From Vicugna vicugna (Eukaryota), in the NCBI GenBank assembly GCA_013265495.1, contig MU058017.1, positions 62,001 through 126,000 of the forward strand: a DNA stretch of 64,000 nt, read 5' to 3'. This document shows positions 1-12,190 of this stretch, in pieces (the first letter of the stretch is position 1; each line of letters starts with the position of its first letter). Both the position numbers and the translations under genes were made by a program. Under the pieces are notes generated by a model, which did not search any database, was not told the origin of the DNA, and saw only the letters and a list, made by a program, of their open reading frames with translations.

Positions 1-1323
1 AAAAAAACCCAGACACCTATGGTCAATTAATCTACAACAAAGGAGGCAAGACTATACAATGGAGAAAAGACAGACTTTTCAATAAGTGGTGCTGGAAAAA
101 CAGGACAGCTACATGTAAAAGAATGAGACTGGAACATTTTCTAACATCATATACAAAAATAAACTCAAAATGTATTAAAAACCTTAATATAAGACAAGAG
201 ACCATAAAACTCTTATAAGAAAATATAGGTGAAACTGTCTTTGACATAACTTGCAGCAATATTTTTTGGCGCTATCTCATAAAGCAAAGGAAACAGAAGA
301 AAAAAATAAACAAATGGGACCTAATTAAACTTAAAGCTTTTGCACAGCAAAGGAAACCATTGACCAAATGTGAAGACAACCTACTAAATGGGAGAAAATA
401 TTTGCAAATGACATGACTGATAAGGGGTTAATATCCAAAATATATAAGTATCTCATGCTACTTAAGATTAAAAAAAAACACGCAACCTGATTAAAAAATG
501 GGCAGAGGATCTGAATAGAAATTTTTTCCAAGGAAGACGTACAGATGGTCAACAAGCACATAAAGAGATGCTCAACATCTTAATCATCAGAGAAATGAAA
601 ATTAAACCCTTGATGAGATATCACCTCACAGCTATCAAAATGTCTATCATCAAAAAGCATACAGAATCAAATGTTGGCAAGGATGCAGAGAAAAAGGAAT
701 GCTTGTACACTATTAATAGAAATGTAAATTGGTGCAGTCACTGTGAAAAGTACTATGAAAGTTTCCGAAAAAACTAAAAATAGAACTACCATATGACCCA
801 GCAATTCCATTCCTGGGTATATATATATGCAGAAAACAAAAACACTAATTGGAAAAGATACATGCACCCCAATGTTTACAGCAGCATTATTAACAATGGC
901 CAAGATATGGAAGCAACCTGTGTCCATCAATAGATGAATGGAGAATAGAACAGAGAAAATAAAGAGAATGAATAGAGAAAGACAAAAACTGTATAATATC
1001 ACATATTTGGAATCTAAAAATAAAACAAACTAGTAAACAAAACAAAAAAGAAACAGATTCACAGATATAGAGACCAAACTAGTGGTTACTAGTGAGGAGA
1101 GGGAAGGGGGAAGGACAAGATAGATAAATGGGATTAAGAGGTACAAACTACTGTGTATAGAATAAATACACTACAAGGATATACTGTATGGCACAAGGAA
1201 TATAGCTAATACTTTATAATAATTATAAATGGAGTGTAACCTTTCAAAATTATGAATCACTATGTTGTACATCTGAATTATGTATTACTTTACATCAACT
1301 ACACCTCAATAATTTTTTTAAAA
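1..1323 (+). mobile_element. LINE-1 3' part (degenerate ORF2 C-terminus + 3'UTR), runs off window start
   Basis: L1 ORF2 motifs (AATAAGTGGTGCTGGAAAAAC, GAGATATCACCTCACA, CCATATGACCCAGCAATTCCATTCCTGGGTATATAT); ORF 568-777 carries an MRYHLT-like remnant; 3'UTR ends CATCAACTACACCTCAATAA. Confidence 0.95.
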
Positions 1324-1974
1324 GCATATATGATTTGTTTTGGGGAACATAATCTATGCAATAATGAGTTTGACTTTGAAAAGTTCAGGTTTACTAAGTA
1401 GACAATTATGTTAGTAATTCAAATTATGAAGAATTTGCAAATTTCATTCCTTTAAATTAACAAGTTACCAGTTATATTTGTAAATAATTCAATTTATAAA
1501 AGCATTTACTTTTATTAACATATCTTTCAGAAATTAATCTATTGTTATGAAATGTTGTTCTCTAAATTACCAATTTATGAGCAAGAACACTCAGATTCTA
1601 TGTTCTACAACTTAAGACCACATATATTCTCCAAAATTATCTAGTTAATACTATTATTGGGAATATATTTTAAATATAATTTTGAGGTGCTACTTCATAC
1701 ACAGTTAAATATTAAATAAAAAGCATACATAAACAATGTGTTTGTACCATTTAAATTTTAAACAAATCTCTGTATCATGTGAAATCCATTAGTAGATCTA
1801 GACCATGTATTAAAAAAGTAGTTATCATAAAACCTATAAATGTTTATGAAAACCTTTCTAGTTTACAAAATTATCTTACTTGTTCCTCAGAAATGAAGTT
1901 AAATATATCTGTATTAATATGCTTATTTTACATGTTAGAAAACTGAGATTCAAAATCCCATACCTTTTGCCCAT

Positions 1975-2080
1975 ATCTCTCCATCTCATCTTACATGATC
2001 ACTTCATTCCTCTCCTTACTTAATCACTTGGCAGTATGGGGCATTGTTAAATATGTTCTGTCTCCCAAAACTCTCTCTAA
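1975..2080 (+). mobile_element. L2 fragment, probably continuous with 4180-4810
   Basis: Degenerate pyrimidine-rich L2-like sequence (CTCTCCTTACTTAATCACTTGGCAGTATGGGGCATTGTT...CCAAAACTCTCTCT). Confidence 0.45.
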
Positions 2081-2084
2081 AAAC

Positions 2085-2503
2085 TTCATTATTTACACAC
2101 AAAAAAAGGATATTTGTTAAATGACAAGACTGTTAATACAATGAAGAGACAGGTGACTAAGTGAGACCAATAAGGGATTAATATCTAGGCTACACAAAAG
2201 ATACTTGTAAATCAGTAAGAAAAAGACATTGATCCCATGGGGAAAATTAGTAAACAATACAAACAGGCAATTTTTAAAAGAGGCAACAGAAAAGGCTAAC
2301 AAACCTATAAACTCCAATTCATTAGCAACAGAAGAATAGTAAGTCTCCCAAAATACTCACCTATGTTCCCAAGTGAATGTGTATCTGGATATTCTTTACA
2401 ATAGTATTTGGGGTTGTGGAAAGCTGGAGGCAATCTACATGAACTTCAGTGGGCGAGTGGAAGCACACCATGGGGAATTATGCAGTAATTAAAGTAACGG
2501 GTA
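2085..2503 (+). mobile_element. Old L1 (L1ME-like) fragment, host of two younger L1 insertions
   Basis: TAAGGGATTAATATCTAGGCTACACAAAAGATAC...AAACAGGCAATTT, typical degenerate ORF2 3' region; resumes at 3961. Confidence 0.7.
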
Positions 2504-3368
2504 GCAAATCAAAACTACAATGAGGTATTAACCTCACACCAGTCAGAATGGCCATCATTCAAAAGTCCACAAATGATAAACGCTGGAGAGGCTGTGGAGA
2601 AAAGGGAACCCTCCTTCACTGCTGGTGGGAATGCAGTTTGGTGCAGCCACTGTGGAAAACAGTATGGAGATTCCTCAAAAGACTAGAAATAGACTTACCA
2701 TATGACCCAGGAATCCTGCTCCTGGGCATATATCAAGAAGGAACCCTACTTCAAAATGACACCTGCACCCCAGTGTTCATAGCAGCACTATTTACAATGG
2801 CCAAGACATGGAAATGGCCTAAATGTCCATCAACAGATGACTGGATAAAGAAGATGTGGTATATTTATACAATGGAATACTATTCAGCCATAAAATGACA
2901 GCATAATGCCATTTGCAGCAACATGGATGTGTCTGGAGACTGTTATTCAAAGTGAAGTAAGCCAGAAAGAGAAAGAAAAATACCATATGAGATCACTCAT
3001 ATGTGGAATCTAAAAAAAAAAAAAAAAGAATACAGATGAACTTAAATATAAAACAGAAACAGACTCACAGACAAAGAATACGTACTAGTGGTTGCCAGGG
3101 GGAAGAGGGGTGGGAAGGGACAGAATGGGAGTTCGAAATTTGAAGATACTGACAGGCATATGTAGAATAGATAAACAAGTATATACTGTATAGCACAGGG
3201 AAATATATACAAGATCTTGTGGTAGCTCATGGTGAAAAAGAATGTGACAATCAATATACGTATGTTCATGTATAACTGAAAAATTGTGCTCTACACTGGA
3301 ATTTGACACAACATTGTAAACTGACTATAACTCAATAAAATAAAATTTAAAAATTTAAAAATTTAAAA
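2504..3368 (+). mobile_element. Young 5'-truncated L1 (ORF2 C-terminus + 3'UTR + A-rich tail)
   Basis: ORF 2548-2898 ([18 protein letters not shown]...PYDPGI...WYIYTMEYYSAIK) is the L1 ORF2 Cys-rich end; flanked by AAAGTAACGGGTA (2491-2503) and AAAGTAATGGGTA (3369-3381). Confidence 0.95.
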
Positions 3369-3381
3369 AAAGTAATGGGTA

Positions 3382-3948
3382 ACTGTCCGTCCACAGACAA
3401 CTGGATTAAAAAGTTGTGGTGTATACACACACACACACACACACACAAATATATATATGATGAAATACTACTCAGCCATAAAATGGAATAAAATAATGTC
3501 ATTTACAGCAACATTGGATCAACCTGGAAATCATCATTCTAAGTGAAGTAAGCCAGAAAGATAAAGATTAATATCATACGATATCATTTACATGTGAAAT
3601 CTTAAAAAAAATAATAATAATAAAGGACACAAACTTATTTACAAAACAGAAACTGACTCACAGACACAGAAAATAAACTTATAGTTACCAGGGGAGAAAG
3701 TGGGTGAGAAGGGATAAGTTGGGAGTTCGAGATTTGCAGATACTAACTACTATATATAAAATAGATAAACAACAAGTTTCTACTGTATGGCACAGGGAAT
3801 TATATTCAGTATCTTGTAGTCCTCTATGATGAAAAAGAATATGGAAAGGAATATGTGTATGTATATGTATTACTGCAACATTATGATGTACACCAGAAAT
3901 TGACACATTGTAAACTAACTATACTTCAACAAAAACAAGTTAAAAAAA
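3382..3948 (+). mobile_element. 5'-truncated L1 3' end (somewhat older subfamily)
   Basis: TACTACTCAGCCATAAAA, CTAAGTGAAGTAAGCCAG, 3'UTR and A tail; followed by a third target copy AAAGTAATGTGT (3949-3960). Confidence 0.93.
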
Positions 3949-3960
3949 AAAGTAATGTGT

Positions 3961-4175
3961 TAGATGTATATGGCAACAGAAGTGAATCTTAAAATCCAAA
4001 CTACAATATTTACAGAAATTAAGAATACATGCTTACAAAGCAATATTTCATATTTTGAGAACAAAAATAAGCAAAAAGGTAACGTTAATCAATTTGGATG
4101 ACTGCCTATAGGAAGAAGAAAGGCAGAGGGTTATGTGGATAATGAGAAACATTGGGGAAAGGTAAATAAAAGAAA
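3961..4175 (+). mobile_element. Continuation of old L1ME-like 3'UTR
   Basis: TAGATGTATATGGCAACAGAAGTGAATCTTAAAA continues the sequence interrupted at 2503. Confidence 0.6.
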
Positions 4176-4179
4176 CACT

Positions 4180-4810
4180 CTTTTCCTACCCTTCACCACT
4201 TCAGTCTGTCTACTTCTCTCCATCACAGTAATCTAAGCTTCCTTTACTTCAAGAACATTCTGACTTCCCTCCATTTTCTCTTACTTTTCTCTTTTCCATT
4301 TTGCCACCTTGGACACAATGACTTTTAAAAATCCAAATCTCTTCATTTCACTCCCTTTTTAAAACTTTTCCAAGGCTTTCTTTTGCTTTCTGGATAAAGA
4401 TCAAAACCTTAATACAACCCTATCCAGCCTCATGTTGGGCATTCTGTTCCTTGAAAATGCTCTGATGCCTTTAGGTCAATGCCTCCATCTAGAATGTTCT
4501 GTCTTCTCCTCACCTAACTGACTCGTATTCATCTTTCAGATCCATCTCTTACCATCAGACTTCCCTTTGCTATACTCTCAAAAGCATCTTGTAGTTATTA
4601 TTTATATTATATTATTCATTATCACCTATTACAGATGGAATTACTTCTGGTAATCATTTCAGTGATTTGTATTTCTACCAATATTTTTAAGCTCCCCAAA
4701 GGCAGGGACCCTAGTGGTTTTGCTCATCCTCATATTCGAAGAACTTGATGAGGTGCTAGCCCCTCATAATTGGCTGCCAGTAATTATCTGTTAAACAAAT
4801 GATTAAATGG
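4180..4810 (+). mobile_element. L2 3' end
   Basis: TTTTAAAAATCCAAATCT, AAGCTCCCCAAAGGCAGGGACC, terminal TATCTGTTAAACAAATGATTAAATG. Confidence 0.75.
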
Positions 4811-5574
4811 AAGAATTCCTGCTTTAAGGAAAATACTGGACACCTGCTCTCATTATTTAAAAATGAGAGATCTGTAGAAGGAAGTTTAGAATAATAGTTA
4901 TAATAAACAGACTGTGAGTCAGAGAAAGAAATAATGTTCAAATGGAAAAAACAGGAAATGAAATTAAGAAACACAGACATTTTACTTCTAGATTTAACTA
5001 TTAAATGATTATTCTAAGTGTGTGCAAAAGAAGAGCATCACACATCTATTTTATATTTCTCTTTTCAGAATCTTTGTGTACTTCTGTAGCTGCTGAAAGA
5101 AAGTTTCTAAATTGAATTCCAAATGACAACTTTCAAACAATACTGTTTTTTATGAAACAAAGCCAGGAGATTTTACATCACAGATGTCCATGTACCCAAC
5201 AACTCATTGTTCAGAAACTAATTCCAAAATATTCTCTTTAAAAATTTGCTAACGCATTTCCTTATGTAAACAAATGTGAAGACAGCCTGAGGGCTGCTAT
5301 GTTTTTCAAGTATACAACATCTGTTTTTTTAATTCTGTGGCATTCCAACTAGCCTAAAGGAAACTTCAGAAAAAATCCTATAAATGGTATACCCCATGCA
5401 CACACATTTGATAATGACTAGAACATATGGCAGCTGTAAATTTGGGAAGAAAAATCACTGTTTCTCATTGGAACCAGTCTAATCATAGAAAGGAAGCCTC
5501 AGAAACAGGATATTTGTTATTCAGAAGTCCATGTCAATCAGCCTAGATATGTTTTCAAAGTAAAATAAAATGAC

Positions 5575-5770
5575 CAGGTGCTTTCCAAATATTATGTCAC
5601 TCAAGTCCTGTGAGGTATATATAAATGTCAACATTTACAGCAGTAGAAACTGAGACTCAGTTAAACAATTAACTGCAGTAGACACAGTTAGGTAACAGTA
5701 GGGTAGGGCTCACTTGGGCTTGAACCCAAGGATAACTCTGAAGTCTTCATGGTGTTCACTCAGGCCTGCC
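5575..5770 (-). mobile_element. MIR SINE
   Basis: Antisense core ATTTACAGCAGTAGAAACTGAGACTCAG...GGGCTTGAACCCAAG. Confidence 0.75.
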
Positions 5771-6063
5771 TTAAAGGATTTCTTGCCTCTTTAAATTCCA
5801 GTCTTTCTCAGACTGTGACTGTAACTCTAGAGCTCGTCTCAAAATTTTATGTCTCTCACCAGTTTGCCTCTGTCAACTTTGAACATTTTCATAGCAGTTA
5901 CTATGACAGATGTTAGAAATGTGTGGACCTGTTGCTCATCTAACTAAAGGGTAACTTGAAACTGATTCCTATTCGCATCTAGTTTTCTTTCTCTTTTCAT
6001 CTTGTTGGTCACAGCATATCCTGGGCAAGCACTTAACACAAATACTAAAAGTTTATATGTCAA

Positions 6064-6155
6064 GAAATTGGGCTGAACACTGGAATTTGACACAACACTG
6101 TAAAATGATTATGAATCAATAAAAATGTAAAAAAATAAAATAAAATAAAATAAAA
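6064..6155 (+). mobile_element. Very short young L1 3' terminus with A-rich tail
   Basis: GCTGAACACTGGAATTTGACACAACACTGTAAAATGATTATGAATCAATAAAA matches the reverse complement of the L1 ends at 25640 and 52190. Confidence 0.9.
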
Positions 6156-6499
6156 TTAGCTGAAAAAAAAAGAGTTAAAAGAATAGAATAATAAATGACA
6201 CTCTATCATTTTCAAATTTCTGGTGCATATACTAGCTTATTTAAGAAGACTTTTTAGGTCAATTTGACTTTAATGCTTTCTAGAGCAAATGAAGCCAGCA
6301 AAATGTTCCTCTCTTCAGAAGTCTGCCTCGTAAATTAAGGGCCACAATGAAGGGAAAATTCCCCAAGCTGGTCCAAAATAGAGCTCTCCTACTCAATACC
6401 TATGTGTATTATTTGCCTACTAAAAGAAACTGAAGAAGAGATTTCCCTTTCAAAGACCAAACCCTTTGTATTCATGGACTTTTCTCAGTCTCACCTTCT

Positions 6500-6680
6500 T
6501 AAGCTTGAGATTCTAACACTTGCTAATTTAATCTAAGTAGTCTTCGGTGAATCATTTAACTTCACTTCAGTGTTTTAATTCATAAAAAATGTTGTAGAAA
6601 TACATAATAAGATTATCTTTAATGATTAAATAATATATTTAAAGCAGACCTGGCTTAGAGAAAGTTCTCAGTCAGTGCTT
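6500..6680 (+). mobile_element. MIR SINE
   Basis: AATCATTTAACTTCACTTCAGTGTTTT...GATTAAATAAT...CCTGGCTTAGAGAAAGTTCTCA. Confidence 0.6.
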
Positions 6681-7325
6681 TTCTCCTCTTGTCTCCTCTT
6701 TCTATTGTATTCTAAATTCTCAGAGGCTCTTGCTCAGTTTCCCTAATTTTCTTTCCTTCTGTAATTTATTTCATCACTAATACCCTACAATCTTGATTTG
6801 CTTATTCTGAGTTAATGTCTCTCAAACCTCAAGGCCTTTCCTAACTGGAGTTTCCATTAATCTCCTATTTCTCCCCCTTACTCTAGAGTAGCTTGGAACT
6901 TTATATCAAAGATTAAATTTTTTAAATGGGTAGGCTGTGGTTTTGTAACTCATCTGGAAATTGAGCACATCAAAAATTCCTATGTCCTGCAGTGAGATGG
7001 TAGAACATAGTTACTCCCCTCTCAGCATTCCTATAGGAAAGTAGCATATCTGCATTGAATTAGAGTCCAAGATCCCTGTCTCTAGCCAAACTGGAGATAC
7101 TTCCGAATCCATCATAACTTTTGAGTGATGGGGTGGCTTGCTAAAAGGCTCACTTTCAGTCTTGATATTTGGGTTTAGGCTATGTAAATTATAGTAACAA
7201 GCAGATCTAGGAAAGTAATTAAGGGAAATGTAATACTCAGAGATGGTCATAAGGAATAAATATTATCATCATCAGTAGACTAGTATGGCTTGTTGCTCAG
7301 GCTAACTGGGAATATCAGTGACTTT

Positions 7326-7793
7326 GTGGGAGTTTTAAAACATAGCCCCCAAATTCTTTTGACATTCAAGGGGTCTCTGTAACTACTTGAGCAATAGACT
7401 ATGCCAGAAATCATATTGCACAATTTTCTAGGCCCAGGTCAAAAAATTGGTAACTTTCATTTCCCATTTCTTAGAACACTTACTCCTGGAACCTAGCCAC
7501 CATGCAGAGAGGAAGCCCAGTCAGTTCATGAGGAGCCGAAAGGGAGATGAACCAAAAGGCTCTGGCTCATGGTCTGAAGCAGTTCCAAGTTAACAGTCAG
7601 ACCAACTTGCTAGTCATAAGAGTTAAGTCACCTTAACAGTGGATCTTTCAGGCTCCAGTAGATGCCTTGTGGAGCAAAGATGAGTCGTTCTCAACAGACC
7701 CTGCAAAATTCTATATTTGTGAGCAAATTTTTGATGTTATTTGAGCTATTAAGTTTTGGGCGACTTGTTAGGCACCAATAGCTAATTGGACTA
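7326..7793 (+). mobile_element. MaLR solo LTR (MLT1G/H-like)
   Basis: Starts TGTGGGAG; contains GGAACCTAGCCACCATGCAGAGAGGAAGCCCAG; ends TAAGTTTTGGG...TTGTTAGGCACCAATAGCTAATTGGA. Confidence 0.85.
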
Positions 7794-7887
7794 GGCACAT
7801 ATTCAAAAAAGCACCAGTGTTGCCTAAGGTTGAGGGAGTGAATGTCACAAGTTGGGATCTGTACCCTCTATGCTCCCTACATTCAAA

Positions 7888-7931
7888 TATATATATACAT
7901 ATATATACACACACACATACACATACATACA
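7888..7931. repeat. (TA)n/(CA)n compound microsatellite
   Basis: Directly visible, abuts the left terminal inverted repeat (TIR) of the MER82-like element. Confidence 0.85.
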
Positions 7932-8572
7932 CAGTCGATCCTCATCATTCACAGATTCTTCATTTGTAAACTTGCCTACTCACTAAAATTTGTCAACCCT
8001 AAACCAAGATTCATAGCACTTTAATTGTCATTCATGGACATGCAAAGTGATGAAAATTTTGAGTCACTCAACATACACATTCCCAGCTGAGACTGAACAT
8101 AGCAACACTGCCTTCTTGTTTCAGTTCTCCTACTATAAATGAGTGCCCTTTTTGTGGTCTATTTAGTGTCACGTTTTTCCTTATTTTGTGTTTTTCTTGG
8201 TAATTTTGCTGTTTAAATGACCCCTGAGCATCATGTTGAACTGCTCCCGGGTGTTCCTAAGTGCAAGAGGACTGACGTGCATTGTGGAGAAAATATATGT
8301 GTTAGACAAGCTCTGCCCAGGCATGGCTGACAGTGTTAGTTGCCTAAACTCAATGTTAATGAAACAATAATGCATGTTAAATAAGATGTATTTAAACAGA
8401 AACACATATTAAACAAGTTTAAGTATTGATTGGTTAACAAAAATGTTATGACCAGAGGATCACAGGAACCCCATCTAGTATTTCTCCTAGGAACAATGGT
8501 TCAGCAATCACAAATTCAGATTTTGTGGCTACTTTATAGAACATAACTATCATGAATAATGAGAATCAACTG
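7932..8572 (+). mobile_element. Apparently full-length MER82-like (TcMar-Tigger) non-autonomous DNA transposon
   Basis: TIRs CAGTCGATCCTCATCATTCA ... TGAATAATGAGAATCAACTG followed by TA; internal TCCCAGCTGAG...CCTTCTTGTTTCAG matches the recalled MER82 consensus; 641 bp. Confidence 0.88.
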
Positions 8573-8617
8573 TATGTATCTCAGCTTACTATCTCAATGA
8601 TTCTGCCTAACTTCCAG

Positions 8618-8631
8618 ATATATATGTGTGT

Positions 8632-8662
<31 letters not shown>
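8618..8662. repeat. (TA)(TG)(CA)n microsatellite
   Basis: Directly visible. Confidence 0.95.
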
Positions 8663-8666
<4 letters not shown>

Positions 8667-9685
8667 AGCATGATAGTATAGGAAATCACCCACATAAACT
8701 ATAAAATATCAGTCCTATCTATTTGTCTTATTACAGTATAAAATTCATTAAAATATGTGAAAAACTGTGAGTGCCATTTTATGAACAGATTTAGTAATTT
8801 CATATCCAAGTTATCTGTTTCCCAATCATACATATTACTCACAAATTATTTTATCTATACTTCACCTTTTAAATGAGGCACTGTTTTCTAGCTAAGTGAG
8901 GGGAAATCATGATTTCCTACATATAATACAAATTTAATGAAAGCTATGTCACTTTGAAATGTGTATGATCAGATAAGCACATGGCAAAGATGACTGTGGT
9001 TGAAGGTGGATATTATAGACTGGATAATTCCCCAAACTCAGATATGAATAAAGCTTTTGTCTACTATTCATTTGCTCTTTTCTTCTCACTGATAAATTTC
9101 CTAGGTCCACTCTCAGAAACTGCCCTCCTTCTGAATATGTAAAGATTATATGATGGAAAATTTGTAGCCCCCAAGTGTTAACCTGTATTTCATTCCCTAA
9201 ATCTAAACTCAAAAGTAACATCCTTTCTTTATCTAGTTTACAGTTGGTTCATGACAGCTGAAGTTTGGACACAGAAGAATATCTAAATCTAGCTTTTCCT
9301 GCATGAGTTACAAGTAATCATCTATCTTTTGCTCCCTCTTCCAGATGTTCCTGATCCCCCATCCCCCTGCCCCCGGCCTTTTGATGTATGACATGCTGGA
9401 ATGCTGGAGAGAGAAGAGTACTTTTTGGTCAGACAAGAAAACAGAGCTAAACATGGAACAAGGAACCAAATTCTAATTTTAAAGAAAGAAGCTCAGTAGA
9501 AGCCAAGGTTTTCATTTGACACTGTGGGACCTCCTCTGTGCCAGGAGGAAAAAAAGGAGAAACTATACACAAATGACTTTCATTATATTTTTGTCTTAAT
9601 GAAAAATCTTGATAAAAGAAAACGTAACTTTAGAATGGAAGTGATATTTTGGCTCATTTTCCAATGCATTACCTCTATCTTATTT

Positions 9686-10079
9686 AATTTTTTTCCCGGT
9701 TTATTGAAATATGATTGACAAATAATGTGCAAATTTAAGGTGTACACATGTTGATTTGATATGCATATATTGTGAAATGATTATCGCAGGTTAGTTAACA
9801 CATCCGTCACCTTACCTGGTTATTTTTTGTGTGTGGTGAGAACACGTAAGATCTACTCTCTTATACATAGACAGCCCTCTGTACATTAGATGTCCAGAAC
9901 TTATTCACCTTATAACTGAAAAACTGTACCCTCTGACCAACATCTCCCCATTTTTCCCACCCCTTGGCAAGCACACAGAAGTGAGATCATACAGTATTTT
10001 TCTTTCTCTATCTGACATTTTACTTAGCATAATGCCTTCAAGGTCATCCATGTTGTCACAAATGGTAGGATTTCCTTCT
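9686..10079 (-). mobile_element. L1 3'UTR fragment (L1MA9/10-like)
   Basis: T-rich start, TTTATTGAAATATGATTGACA, GGTCATCCATGTTGTCACAAATGGTAGGATTTCCTTCT. Confidence 0.85.
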
Positions 10080-10190
10080 AAATGAGAAAACTGAGTCCCA
10101 AAGAGATGTTACCTATCCAAGCTCTCACAGTTTTCTGGTGACAGTACCTGAAATGGAACTCAAGTTTCAATGCTATTATTTTTGTACTGT
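10080..10190 (-). mobile_element. MIR fragment
   Basis: ATGAGAAAACTGAGTCCCAAAGAG...GGAACTCAAG. Confidence 0.65.
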
Positions 10191-11589
10191 AGTTGAGTCA
10201 GGATCCAAGAACACCCAGAAAAAAACCTTCAACAGTATATCAACATTCTTACTTCTTGACCCATAATAATACTGGATTGATGTAAATCACAGAACACTTT
10301 TGAGCTTTACCCTTAGAATTCATAATCCCTCTATTTTGTACATAAAAAATGTGTGTGGTGATGTAATGCCATTAATTCTTTTACTGATACACCATAGAGA
10401 TGGCTGTCTTAGGATTGCTTATTTTACAGACATGTAAATTCCTTTTTTAAAATGTTACTGGCAACAGCAGAGAACATTTTCTTCTCTTCCCCATTATAGC
10501 TGTGAAATTCCATTCAGTAATAGTGTCCCAGGCAGTTTGGAGAATTACCATTGCCTTCATCTAGTAACAGAATGGTGACTTCTGGTGAGAAATTAAAGTG
10601 ATTGGTTAGCAGGAAAGAACTCACTGATACTATGATCCTGAACTCAGACACAGTGGAGAAAAGTAAATGAACTTGACCCCCTAATTCTGTTTCAGTGGTT
10701 TCTAGAGTCAAATAAGCATAAAGGGACAGTGACTCTTGCGCAGGTTCAGTATTATTCTATGGACAGTGGAGCAATGGAGCAAGAGAGAATGAGCCTGGAA
10801 ATCTAGTGCTTAACTAATGTGTTCATAGAAAACCTGATTAGCTTTGGCTGGTTCAAAGCAGTGTCTGATCTGAAACAAGTGTTTATTGCCTAGTGACCAG
10901 ATTTTCCTTTATTGAAGTTGTATGATTCACTTGAAGTGTTTTGCCATACCAAATTGGTTAGCTAATTTGAATAAGGAACCCAGAAATGTTATTTCTTCCC
11001 CAGACTTCTTTAAATAATAGTTAGTTTCTTTCCTTCCTCATATCCAAAACACAGTTATTAAAATGGAAACATCTTAATAATTTTGAGAAATTCATGAGAA
11101 TCCCTTCAAAATATAAAATACGAGTAGGACATGGTGCATGACTCATGGTTGAAATATGTTTTAGCCAATGTTCAGGGCCTCTGCATGGCATAACTCCAAG
11201 AGTATCATTTATAACATTTTTTTAACACAAATAGAGCATCCAGACTATTAGTCTGGTTCAAAGGAAAAAATAAGTCTGAGAGATGGGGTAATGGCATAGT
11301 ATCAGAGGTCAAGAAAGCATGGACTATGTGAAAAGCCTTGACCCAGATGAGAGAGATGTGAAGAACAGACTGTTAATGGGAAAAAAACCTGAGAGAGATG
11401 AAAAATTAATCTAGTTTGAGGAGTATGCCAGACACTGTTCAGTCAGTCAGGGAAGATGTATATCATACTCATGTCCAAGATCACAAAAATGAAAGAGTTA
11501 AGCTATAGAGGCAAGGAGGACCTCAGTTTCCTGTTCTTGAAGTTTCCAATAGTTCCCTTGTGGGCATTTTACTTCCGTCTTGCTCAGTC

Positions 11590-12190
11590 ATGACCAAATC
11601 TGCTTTTCACCCTGTACTCACAGTTATTTTTTTTAAAATGTAAACCAGATCATGTTGCCACCATGACTGAAACTTCAGAGTCATTTCTAACATGACTTAG
11701 CTTGTCCTCAAAGGGACGTGATCTGACCTCTACTTGTTTCTCCACCTACTGCTGACTTCTTGCACCTTGTTTCCTACTACTCCATCACCTATTCCTTATG
11801 CTCAGTCCTTTGGCTTTCTTCCTCTTTCTAGAATATCTACACTTTAGGACTAGTACACTCGCTGTTCCCCTATGTGGAATATTCTATCAGAGATATTTTA
11901 TGTATGGATCCCTCTTGGCACTCAGATCTCAGCTCATATGTTACTTCCTTAATGAGGCTTTTATGAGCACCTAATTTAAATTGGTACACTCCTGACCCAT
12001 AACTTTGTATTGTGCTATGATATTTTACTTAAATAACCTATCATTAGCTGAGATTATTTTGATTTTTTTGTTGTTGTTTGTTTATTATGTCTCCTGCCTT
12101 CTCTCTCTGTCCTGTTCTCTGCCATATTCCCTCCAGAAAGAACTCTGCCTGGCACACAGTTGGCACTTATTATATATTTAATGAGGAAAT
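11590..12190 (+). mobile_element. L2 3' end (L2a-like)
   Basis: TTTTAAAATGTAAACCAGATCATGT...CAGATCTCAGCTCATATGTTACTTCCT...TGCCTGGCACACAGTTGGCACTT. Confidence 0.85.

Noticed and set aside
11240..11256. Perfect inverted repeat CCAGACTA-T-TAGTCTGG (similar imperfect one at 42753-42770)
   Set aside because: An 8-bp-arm palindrome is expected about once per spacer length in 64 kb by chance; there is no supporting context.
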